A DNA stretch of 64,000 nt, from contig JBDRCH010000005.1 of the NCBI GenBank assembly GCA_043821945.1, positions 14,799 through 78,798 of the forward strand, given 5' to 3'. Both the position numbers and the translations under genes were made by a program. The notes beneath the pieces are model-generated. The model searched no databases and was not told where the DNA came from. It saw only the letters and a program-made list of their open reading frames with translations. This document shows, piece by piece, positions 1 to 8,582 of the stretch. Position 1 is the stretch's first letter; each line of letters begins with the position of its first letter. The stretch comes from an archaeon. Its GTDB lineage: Archaea > Nanobdellota > Nanobdellia > Pacearchaeales > GW2011-AR1.

Positions 1-841
1 TCGAGGAGGAGTCATGGAAATGCTTTCTTTAATTCAACTTACATCTTATCCAATAATTATAACTGCAAATGATATTTGGAGTAAAAAATTAAGTTCTCTA
101 AGAAAAAAATCAGAAATGATCCAATTAAAAGAGATAAATTACAAGATAATCAAAGATGTATTAATCAAAATTCTAAGAAAAGAAAATCATTTTGTAGACA
201 ATGATACAATAACAAAAATAGCAATCAAATCACGAGGAGATTTGAGAGCAGCAATAAATGATTTACAATCAATATCCAAATTAGACAAAAGTGATTCATT
301 AGATTTAGATGAAAGAAATAAAGAAGTAGATATATTCAATGCATTAAGATTGATCTTTAAAGGAAAACCAACAAACGAAACATTAAAAATTTTTGATTCT
401 GTAAATATGAATATAGATGAGATAATTCTCTGGGTTGAAGAAAACATCCCTGCAGAATATCAAGGTGAAGAATTATTAAAAGCATATGAATTATTGGGAA
501 AAGTAGATGTTTTCAAGGGAAGAATCCATAGACAGCAATATTGGAGATTTTTAGTTTATGAAAATATCTTTCTAAGTTATGGGATTGCTTCTTCAAAAAA
601 AAATCTTAAAACAAAATTCACCAGTTACAAAAAACCAACAAGAATTCTTAAAATCTGGTTAAACAACCAAAGGACAATCAAAAAGAAATCAATTGCAATA
701 AAATATGCAAAATATGTCCATATTAGCATAAAACGCGCGATGAATGAATTTCCAATGATACAACAAATTATAAAATCGAATCCAAAAATTCAACAAGAAT
801 TAAAACTTAGCGAAGAAGAAGTTGAGTATTTAAGAAGATAA
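1..841 (+). CDS. rfcL: Replication factor C large subunit, C-terminal part (5' end lies outside the window; reading frame is open to base 2)
   Basis: PIIITANDIWSKKL and GDLRAAINDLQ match the RFC clamp-loader boxes; no stop upstream of the first Met back to the window edge. Confidence 0.7.
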   Translation, partial: RGGVMEMLSLIQLTSYPIIITANDIWSKKLSSLRKKSEMIQLKEINYKIIKDVLIKILRKENHFVDNDTITKIAIKSRGDLRAAINDLQSISKLDKSDSLDLDERNKEVDIFNALRLIFKGKPTNETLKIFDSVNMNIDEIILWVEENIPAEYQGEELLKAYELLGKVDVFKGRIHRQQYWRFLVYENIFLSYGIASSKKNLKTKFTSYKKPTRILKIWLNNQRTIKKKSIAIKYAKYVHISIKRAMNEFPMIQQIIKSNPKIQQELKLSEEEVEYLRR

Positions 842-997
842 TTCGCAAGAATCAATCGCAACAGGAGTGCGAAAAGAACAAAGAAATTTATATTCCCCTA
901 TTTCCTCATAATATTTTTTTACAATAATTCTATCATTCCTACTTTGAACAAATTTAAATTCTTCTTCCACAATTTCCTCAATCCTAATTAATTCCAT

Positions 998-2083
998 TTA
1001 ACACTGAGCACTGGTTGAACTTCCTGTTCCTTCCCATCCAAATCCTGGTGAAGGACTTGTTGAGGATAATTCAACAGTTTCACAAATTTCAGAAGCAGTA
1101 TTAAATGCAGAACAGATTGCAGTCAAAAATGAAGCTGAATCTCTTCCTGAATTTACCTGAGCACCATTAATTACAAGTGTTGGACTTCCTCTAACACCAT
1201 AGCTTTCACTTAAAGCAGAATCTTCTTTATAATATCTTTCTGCATTCCCATTATCAATACATTCTTGCATTTTTGCTTCATCAACTTTAGTTTCTTTAAT
1301 GCATCTATCTGAATTCCCATCTTCTAAGAAACATTCTAAATAAACATACCATTTATCACTCTGCTCCTCACGAATACAAACCTGACGAGGCGTTTCTGTT
1401 TCTTCTGGTTCATGCATAAAATAATGTACAAATCTAATCTTAGCATCAACACTATTTTCAAGAGCATTTATAGTAGGAATAAAGCCTTTTTCTGCTTGAG
1501 TCCCATAAGGACAATGAGTCATTACAAATAACTCTACAACAGGTTTATCAGACTTAGCAACCTCAATAGAAATCTCTTCTGCCTGACTCTCAACATCTTT
1601 ATTTATCTCATTCAAATCAAGCAAACTTGAAGTAAAATAAGTTCCATCTTTAGACAAATACAAAGGAATTTCTTCTCCTTGAAATTCAATAGTCACTTCA
1701 TAAAAATAATCATTAAATGATTCTACTCCAACTAAATCTCCCTGTCCCCCTGTTTGAGACTTTACAAAATCAAGAATTTTATCTCCTGCTTCAGAATCTG
1801 AAACAACATTTCCAGTGATAACATTTCCAGTTGTTCCAAAATTACCCACTAACAAAATTAAAACTATCACACCTAAAACAAGTGTTGAAAGAATCCAAGG
1901 ATTTTTTCTAATTTCAGCAGTAAAATTTCTTTTTGATTTATTATTAGAATTAAATTCTTCTAGGCTAACAGGGGCTTCTTCATCTGTTTGTTTGGGAATA
2001 TCTCTATTTTCTGAATCCATTATTGAACTCAAGAAAAACTCATTTAAAAACATTTTGGTGAAATTCAAAGAATCTTTCAACAC
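998..2083 (-). CDS. Membrane-anchored thioredoxin-fold (DsbA-like) protein with an atypical single-Cys CPYG motif
   Basis: N-terminal TM helix; HCPYG where DsbA has CxxC; Cys-rich C-terminal tail. Confidence 0.45.
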   Translation of the reverse strand: MLKDSLNFTKMFLNEFFLSSIMDSENRDIPKQTDEEAPVSLEEFNSNNKSKRNFTAEIRKNPWILSTLVLGVIVLILLVGNFGTTGNVITGNVVSDSEAGDKILDFVKSQTGGQGDLVGVESFNDYFYEVTIEFQGEEIPLYLSKDGTYFTSSLLDLNEINKDVESQAEEISIEVAKSDKPVVELFVMTHCPYGTQAEKGFIPTINALENSVDAKIRFVHYFMHEPEETETPRQVCIREEQSDKWYVYLECFLEDGNSDRCIKETKVDEAKMQECIDNGNAERYYKEDSALSESYGVRGSPTLVINGAQVNSGRDSASFLTAICSAFNTASEICETVELSSTSPSPGFGWEGTGSSTSAQC

Positions 2084-2086
2084 ATT

Positions 2087-3721
2087 CTAAGAATAACAAG
2101 TATAGGTTATTGGATCAACTGATAAACGACGCACAGCAATAGAGTTATAAAAACAACCACCTTCAGAAGAACAGATAAATAATGAATTGCCTATTAAACT
2201 TTCTGCATCTATTTCATAATCCCACAAAGGCATACTCAAACTAATAGTATCATCCTCTTTTGAATTCACAATCTCACTACTAGAAAAAATAGCATTATAT
2301 GCATCAACACCTCCAGAATAAATAGTTACTGAGGGAGAATGAATTTTACTAATTAATTTTAAATCTATTTGACCAGAATAATCATCCAAAAACTTTAAAT
2401 TAAATTTTAAATTAGTCCCTTCACATTCAAGAGACTCTATAAAAAATTCAATAGGAACTTTAACACTTTCTTCAGTTACAACTGATGAACTATATTTCCA
2501 TAATTCACAGGTTTTTGCAGGTGACCTAGTATATAATGGTACCCCCTTATTATAATAATCATATTCACCCCTTATGTAATTTCCAGAAACAACATCTAAA
2601 CATATTTTATATTCTAAAATAAATCCTTCTTCTACTCGAGGAAACCCATATCCACTTAAAACAACAGTACCAAGATCACTTTCTAATTGAGACATCTTAT
2701 TTTCATCAATTGTGAAAAAGAATTCATAACAGGGCTTTCCCCCATAAGAGTTTTTTCCAAGATATTCAAATGATGAAACTTCCTCAAAATGATCTCTAAA
2801 AAAATAAAGGATATCTTTCTTCATTAAACTATCAAGTTTATCAAAATTAAGTCTTTGTTTTGTGCAGATCGTCATATCACCATTTGCTGAACAATCTAAA
2901 ATTTGATTTTCTATAAAATAAAATTCTTCAGGAGGAGCAATGCCTCCATAAGCCCCAACTACTTTTTTTACTTTTCTATCAAGTGAATAAACATAACCAT
3001 AAGGATCATATGCATAATAACCATCAGGAATCTGTTCACTTTTTTCAGCAAGTAATTTAAAAGTTTCTTCAGCAGTAGTAAATTTAATTTCTCCAGGAAT
3101 AACTTGATCAGGGATATTATCTGCAGAAACAAAATTTCTTCTACAATTTATTTTTTCAGAAGCTTCTCCAGTATGGGAATTAAATTCCATTGTAGTATCA
3201 CCCTCTTCAAACTCATCTTTTTCAAGTTTTGAATTTAAAACAAACCAGTATATTGATGCTGCTGTATCACCAGCACCTAAATTTTCCATTTGAGTAATCA
3301 CTGCTTCAGTATGATGTTCTAAAAAATCACATTCAATATACCTATTGTCTTGCTGATCACTAACAACACAAGCATTACCTTTTTTTTCTTTAATTGAAAA
3401 TTCTTCTTTTTCATTTCCACCAACAACAATTATTTTTTTATCACCACATTTCTTCAAAGCTTTTGTCATACACTCAATTTTTTCCAACGCATCTTCACTC
3501 ACTTCTGATCCATAACCAATTCCCATCATACTTTTCAGATTATATAATTCTATCTCTCCACAACTATCGCCACTAAAAAGAGAATTGCTCTCACTAGAAT
3601 CTCTAGAAGAAGGATTACTAGTCTCTGAATCTCCAGATCCTTTAAAGATAAAAATTCCACCAATTATAGCTACAACAATAATTCCTACAATAACACCCAT
3701 TCCAATTGCTCCTTTTTTCAT
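2087..3721 (-). CDS. Hypothetical secreted/membrane-anchored protein (544 aa)
   Basis: N-terminal hydrophobic helix followed by a Ser/Asp-rich linker; long ORF with compositional coding signal; no motif I recognise. Confidence 0.4.
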   Translation of the reverse strand: MKKGAIGMGVIVGIIVVAIIGGIFIFKGSGDSETSNPSSRDSSESNSLFSGDSCGEIELYNLKSMMGIGYGSEVSEDALEKIECMTKALKKCGDKKIIVVGGNEKEEFSIKEKKGNACVVSDQQDNRYIECDFLEHHTEAVITQMENLGAGDTAASIYWFVLNSKLEKDEFEEGDTTMEFNSHTGEASEKINCRRNFVSADNIPDQVIPGEIKFTTAEETFKLLAEKSEQIPDGYYAYDPYGYVYSLDRKVKKVVGAYGGIAPPEEFYFIENQILDCSANGDMTICTKQRLNFDKLDSLMKKDILYFFRDHFEEVSSFEYLGKNSYGGKPCYEFFFTIDENKMSQLESDLGTVVLSGYGFPRVEEGFILEYKICLDVVSGNYIRGEYDYYNKGVPLYTRSPAKTCELWKYSSSVVTEESVKVPIEFFIESLECEGTNLKFNLKFLDDYSGQIDLKLISKIHSPSVTIYSGGVDAYNAIFSSSEIVNSKEDDTISLSMPLWDYEIDAESLIGNSLFICSSEGGCFYNSIAVRRLSVDPITYTCYS

Positions 3722-4119
3722 AGATAAAGTTGGTTTTTTTATGTTATAAATTTATTGTTTTAATCTTTTGGCAAATAGATTATCTATTTTAGCAGAAAAC
3801 CGCGCTACCCCTTATTATAACTCTTGCTGATGATTAGACATCTGGATTTAAAGATGTTTAATTTTCCTCTGGAGCTTTAGCGAACAGAGTTGAAATTGAA
3901 TTTGGGAAAATGCTGAGATAAGGTATTTTCCTCTAGATCCTTGTTAAATGAGAGTCAAAATCTTTGATTTTGAAGCGTAGCGCTCTCTTTTGAGTAATTT
4001 TTAGTGAAGACAAATACAAAAATTATTAGATCATAGTAACTTATCCACCACTGAAATCTGCACAAGAGTCTCAACCAAAGATTTATCAAATATAAAAACC
4101 CCTTTAGATAGTATATAAA

Positions 4120-5430
4120 ATGCCTTATAACATAATAACAGGAAGAAATGAATCAGATAAAAAAGCATTCGGTGATAAAGCTTTGACTTACCTTGGTAAA
4201 GGATATGTTAAAATGGGACAATACACTTCTTTGAGTAATAAAATATTTATGGATGTTGCAAGAAGCCATGTTATCTTAGTTGCAGGTAAAAGGGGGTCTG
4301 GAAAATCTTACACTCTTGGAGTTATAGCAGAAGAACTCGCAAATCTTGCGAAAGAAGTTTCTCAAAATATTGCCTCATTAATTTTTGATACAATGGGAAT
4401 TTACTGGACAATGAAATTTCAAAATGAAAAAGACAAAAAATTATTACAAGATTGGGAACTAAAACCAAAAAAACTTCCAGTAAAAATCTTCGTTCCTTTT
4501 GGTCATTATGAAGATTATCTCAAAAAAGGAATTCCTGTTGATAAAAAATTTGCACTAGATGTTTCGCAATTAGACTCAGAAGATTGGATTATAACTTTTG
4601 GTTTAGGATTAATTGATCCTGTATCAGTTTTAATTCAACGAACAATAATAAAATTAAAACAACAAAAGAAATTTGGAATTGAAGAGATTATATCAAGATT
4701 AAAAAAAGATGATAGTACTTCAAAAGAAACAAGAAATGCTGCAATAGGATTATTTGAAGCAGCAGATACATGGGGAATTTTCTCAAAAAAGTCAACTGAA
4801 TCAACTTCAATAAAAAGTCTTATCTCAGCCGGAACTACTTCTATTCTTGATTTAAGTGTTTATAATTCAGTAGGAGCTTTTAATATAAGGGCATTGATAA
4901 TCAGTTTGGTTTCAAGAAAGATATTTAATGAAAGAATGGATGCGAGAAAACAAGAAGAAACACAGGCAATTTCAAAAAGATTTGATCTTGGGTCAGAACA
5001 AGAAAAAAACCAGATTCCTCTGGTCTGGATATTTATCGACGAAGCTCATGAATTTTTGCCATTGAACGAAACAACAATCGCAACATCTGCATTAGTTCAA
5101 CTTTTGAGAGAAGGCCGGCAGCCAGGAATCTCACTGATTCTCGCAACACAACAACCAGGACAAATTCACAGAGATGTCATGACTCAGTCAGATATTGTAA
5201 TCTCACACAGGGTAACCTCACAACCAGATTTAGAAGCATTAAATTACATAATGCAAAGTTATCTTATTGAAGGAATAAAAAAATACATGGATGATTTGCC
5301 GAATCTAAAAGGTTCTGCAATAATTCTCGATGACAATTCAGAAAGAATTTATCCAATGAGAATTCGGCCAAGATTCACCTGGCACGGAGGGGAAGCTCCG
5401 ACTGCAGTTAAAGAGGAAAGGAAGCTATAA
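4120..5430 (+). CDS. HerA/FtsK-superfamily P-loop ATPase (DUF87-like) lacking the N-terminal HAS-barrel
   Basis: Walker A VAGKRGSGKSYTLG, Walker B VWIFIDEAHEF, ATQQPGQI and SHRV motifs. Confidence 0.65.
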   Translation: MPYNIITGRNESDKKAFGDKALTYLGKGYVKMGQYTSLSNKIFMDVARSHVILVAGKRGSGKSYTLGVIAEELANLAKEVSQNIASLIFDTMGIYWTMKFQNEKDKKLLQDWELKPKKLPVKIFVPFGHYEDYLKKGIPVDKKFALDVSQLDSEDWIITFGLGLIDPVSVLIQRTIIKLKQQKKFGIEEIISRLKKDDSTSKETRNAAIGLFEAADTWGIFSKKSTESTSIKSLISAGTTSILDLSVYNSVGAFNIRALIISLVSRKIFNERMDARKQEETQAISKRFDLGSEQEKNQIPLVWIFIDEAHEFLPLNETTIATSALVQLLREGRQPGISLILATQQPGQIHRDVMTQSDIVISHRVTSQPDLEALNYIMQSYLIEGIKKYMDDLPNLKGSAIILDDNSERIYPMRIRPRFTWHGGEAPTAVKEERKL

Positions 5431-5637
5431 ATGGTAGATCCAGCAGACATGAATGAATTGTATAAAGAAAGATTCATAGATAGACCTTCTATGATGAAAA
5501 ATAATCCAAAAGGTCTTCTAAAAAAATTATTAGATAAGATTTACAATACAAAATATTATCTTCGAAGTTATTTATCAAAAATTATCCCAGGAGAAATGAG
5601 ATTCAAACAATATAATACTAAAGATGATTTACTATAA
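5431..5637 (+). CDS. Small hypothetical protein translationally coupled to the ATPase (TAA directly followed by ATG)
   Basis: ORF starts immediately after the ATPase stop; basic, no recognisable motif. Confidence 0.3.
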   Translation: MVDPADMNELYKERFIDRPSMMKNNPKGLLKKLLDKIYNTKYYLRSYLSKIIPGEMRFKQYNTKDDLL

Positions 5638-6408
5638 AATCCTAAAATCAACCCTAATCCTAATTTTATAAGGAGCAATTTCTCCTGCTTTTTTAACTTT
5701 CAAAATTTTAATCTTCTTTTTGTATTTTTTAGCTTCTTCCTTAATCTTCTCTACAACTTTCCCAGTCTCATCAGCTCTACAAAAATCATAATAAAAAATT
5801 CTTGTTCCTTTTTTACTTAACTTAAAAGCTTGTTCTAAAAAAGTATCTTTCAGCTGAGGCCGAGGCATAACAATAATATCAAATTTTTTATCTAACTTAT
5901 TAGAAACTCTCTTAATATCTCCGTTAATCAACTCAACTTTATTCTTAACTTTATTTAATTCTACATTCAGCTCAAAATATTTATTTGCTTCTCTATTTAT
6001 TTCATTAGAATAAACTTTTCTCGCATTAGAATTTTTAGCAATGACAATTGAAAATGGTGCAACACCTGCAAACATGACCAAAACATCCTGCCTTTTTTTA
6101 ATCATTAAAGCTATTTCTTTTCTCTCATTACTTAATCTCGGAGAAAAATAAGTTGTATCAATATTAAATCTAAAAATACAACTATTTTCCTTATACAAAA
6201 CTTCTTTAGTCTTTTCACCAAGAAGATATTTTGTCATAGGTTTCCTCAATCTCCCTTTGACCTTCCCTGTTTTTTCTAAAACTGTCTTTACAGAAGGATT
6301 ATCATTTAAAATCTTATTTGCAAATCTCATTTTTTCAGTTGATTTTAAATTCTTAGGAAAATTAACAACAACAATATTCCCTAAAACATCGAATGCTCTT
6401 TGTTTCAT
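5632..6408 (-). CDS. Trm5/Taw2-family (Met-10+ like) tRNA methyltransferase/aminocarboxypropyltransferase-like enzyme
   Basis: IDTTYFSPRLSNER motif typical of Trm5/TYW2; size (258 aa) closer to Taw2 than Trm5b. Confidence 0.55.
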   Translation of the reverse strand: MKQRAFDVLGNIVVVNFPKNLKSTEKMRFANKILNDNPSVKTVLEKTGKVKGRLRKPMTKYLLGEKTKEVLYKENSCIFRFNIDTTYFSPRLSNERKEIALMIKKRQDVLVMFAGVAPFSIVIAKNSNARKVYSNEINREANKYFELNVELNKVKNKVELINGDIKRVSNKLDKKFDIIVMPRPQLKDTFLEQAFKLSKKGTRIFYYDFCRADETGKVVEKIKEEAKKYKKKIKILKVKKAGEIAPYKIRIRVDFRIL

Positions 6409-6468
6409 TATAAATAGAACTTAGAACAATATAAAAAACTTTATAAAAACACATTCACTCTTCTTCTA

Positions 6469-7011
6469 ATGAAAAGAAGTGTATTAATTTTCTCAATTAT
6501 CTTATTGTCCCTAAGTTTCGCAAGTGCATACTATGGATCTTATAATAATTTTTCACTTAGTGATTTGTTAGATCAAATAGACTCTCCAACAATGATTCTT
6601 GGAGCAATATTCATAATTGCTTTCATCCTCATAAATTATGCTTTATCAAGAGTATTCAAAGACAAAAATGGAGAACCAGACACAAAAATAGCAGGAGTTT
6701 TAGCATTAGTTCTTTCTCTTTTCCTAACCTGGGGAATTAATAAATCAGGATATGATTTTGAAAACATATTTTATAGCATAGGATTTTCAGAAGATTTTCT
6801 ATATTTATTTCTGATATTAGCATTAATAGGTTTTTTTATCTTTTTAGTAGTTAAATTAAAGAGTTTAGGAAAAACCTTATTATTAGCAGGATTTACTTTA
6901 ATAGCAATATCTTTTTTTGTTTATTCAGGGTTATTAGCTCTTATATTAGGAATATTAAGTATAATTGTCGGATCATTAATCTTAAATAATCAAAACACAA
7001 AACCTAAGTAA
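6469..7011 (+). CDS. Integral membrane protein, hypothetical
   Basis: signal-like N-terminus plus about 4 hydrophobic helices. Confidence 0.4.
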   Translation: MKRSVLIFSIILLSLSFASAYYGSYNNFSLSDLLDQIDSPTMILGAIFIIAFILINYALSRVFKDKNGEPDTKIAGVLALVLSLFLTWGINKSGYDFENIFYSIGFSEDFLYLFLILALIGFFIFLVVKLKSLGKTLLLAGFTLIAISFFVYSGLLALILGILSIIVGSLILNNQNTKPK

Positions 7012-7013
7012 TT

Positions 7014-8057
7014 CTAACTCAACCACTCACTAAGCCCCTTTTGTTTTCTCTTATCAACAACTTCCCTTAACTTTTCAAGTTGTTTCTCAACTCTGTCTTC
7101 TGAGAAATTATGCCTTTCAATTAAAATTTCTTTGATTTTATCCTCATTAATTTTTGGGAAATTAAAATCCACATCAATAACTTTTGGCTTATGAAACAAT
7201 TCAAAAATTTCTTTCCAATCAAATCTATCTTGTTCTGGTAAACTCAGAATTTGTTCCTCAACACTCTCAAAAATAAAAATAGGTTGCTTGTATTTCTGAA
7301 CAATCTGCAATGCTTTTTTTTGCCCGATTCCAGGAATGCCCTTTGGATTATAATCTGTTCCAACTAAAATTCCTAAACAGATTAACTGATCTAAATTTAT
7401 TTCTAGAGAATTCAAAACTTTTTCTAATTCAATTAATTCGGGTTTAACTTCAACCCAACCTGAAAAAGTTTTTCTCTTTCTTGCCAAAGTTAAATTTTGA
7501 ATTAATCTTGAAGCACCAAAAAGAAGACTATCATAATCTTGGCTAACACTTGCATAAATTCCTTCTTTAACTCGAGAAAGGTAAGCAGCTTCTGCCTCTC
7601 CTTCACTAGGAGCTTGCACAACACAAATTCCCATTGCTTCTAAAAGTTCTTTACTCTCTTCAATCATCTCATCATTCAATCTCAAAAGCTGACTTCCATA
7701 TCTTCTCATTCCCCAAATATCTTCAATTTGTTTTGCGCCTTCATATCTCTCTTCAGCAATATCTCTCATCACTTGCCTTTTTTCATGAGTCTTCAATTTC
7801 AAATCAGGAGCTTCACCATCAAAAACATAAACTAATTTCATACCCTTAGAAAGCAATGAAATATTTCTATAAAAAATTCCAGAAAGATGACTTGTGATTC
7901 TCTTTTGATTATCCATTAAAGGAGTTCCATCAACCTGCCGAATCGTAGACAAAAACTGATACAAAACATTAAACGCATCAACACAAAGAGTCTTGCCTCT
8001 CAAACCCTCAACTTCAAGTTCTCTTCTAGGCATAATATCACGAATATTTAGTCCCAT
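7014..8057 (-). CDS. fen: Flap endonuclease FEN-1
   Basis: N-terminal XPG-N motif (GLRGKTLCVDAFNVLYQFL), I-domain, H3TH, C-terminal PIP-like QKGLSEWL. Confidence 0.9.
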   Translation of the reverse strand: MGLNIRDIMPRRELEVEGLRGKTLCVDAFNVLYQFLSTIRQVDGTPLMDNQKRITSHLSGIFYRNISLLSKGMKLVYVFDGEAPDLKLKTHEKRQVMRDIAEERYEGAKQIEDIWGMRRYGSQLLRLNDEMIEESKELLEAMGICVVQAPSEGEAEAAYLSRVKEGIYASVSQDYDSLLFGASRLIQNLTLARKRKTFSGWVEVKPELIELEKVLNSLEINLDQLICLGILVGTDYNPKGIPGIGQKKALQIVQKYKQPIFIFESVEEQILSLPEQDRFDWKEIFELFHKPKVIDVDFNFPKINEDKIKEILIERHNFSEDRVEKQLEKLREVVDKRKQKGLSEWLS

Positions 8058-8093
8058 TTTATCAAAATAATCAAGATATAGAAATATAAATAT

Positions 8094-8498
8094 TTAGTGG
8101 TGAGAATTAACTGCTCTTTCATAAGCTTTTTGTAAATAACCGTCAATTGGAAATTTTCCAGATTCAAGTTGAATTGTAATACGTTCTTCCAAAGAATATC
8201 TCTTTTCAGGGTTTTTTTCATTTTTTAATTTAGAAAGGTTTCCCAAAATGATCTTTTCTTTAGAAGTGGGCTTATTAGAAATATTTATAGAACGATTATA
8301 TAGGTTTTCAGCTACCCGATATAACTGCTCTGGAGAGATTTCTTCCAATTTTTTACCATAAATTGAATGATAAAAATTTTTAACCAAACCAAGTTGAGTA
8401 AAATAAGGCATATCTCGAATACAAATATTTCCAAATTCCCTAACAACTTTTCTTGCTTTTTGAATTTCATCATCCCTATATTGTTTCTTTTTTCTCAT
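8094..8498 (-). CDS. Hypothetical protein (134 aa) between fen and polB
   Basis: ORF with coding-like composition; no motif I recognise. Confidence 0.3.
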   Translation of the reverse strand: MRKKKQYRDDEIQKARKVVREFGNICIRDMPYFTQLGLVKNFYHSIYGKKLEEISPEQLYRVAENLYNRSINISNKPTSKEKIILGNLSKLKNEKNPEKRYSLEERITIQLESGKFPIDGYLQKAYERAVNSHH

Positions 8499-8582
8499 AT
8501 CATTACTACTACAAAGTGATATTTAAACTTTACGGTTTTTCTTCTCCTTAACTTTTATATATCCTCTACTCCTCTTTTTTTT

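Noticed and set aside
829-997. 55-aa minus-strand ORF overlapping the 3' end of the RFC gene
   Set aside because: Starts right after the upstream stop, which is suggestive. But it overlaps rfcL, has no motif and is short; kept as unsupported.
3800-3960. Possible C/D-box sRNA (CTGATGA and CTGA words present)
   Set aside because: No properly spaced C/D'/C'/D arrangement and the first box is CUGAUGA rather than RUGAUGA.
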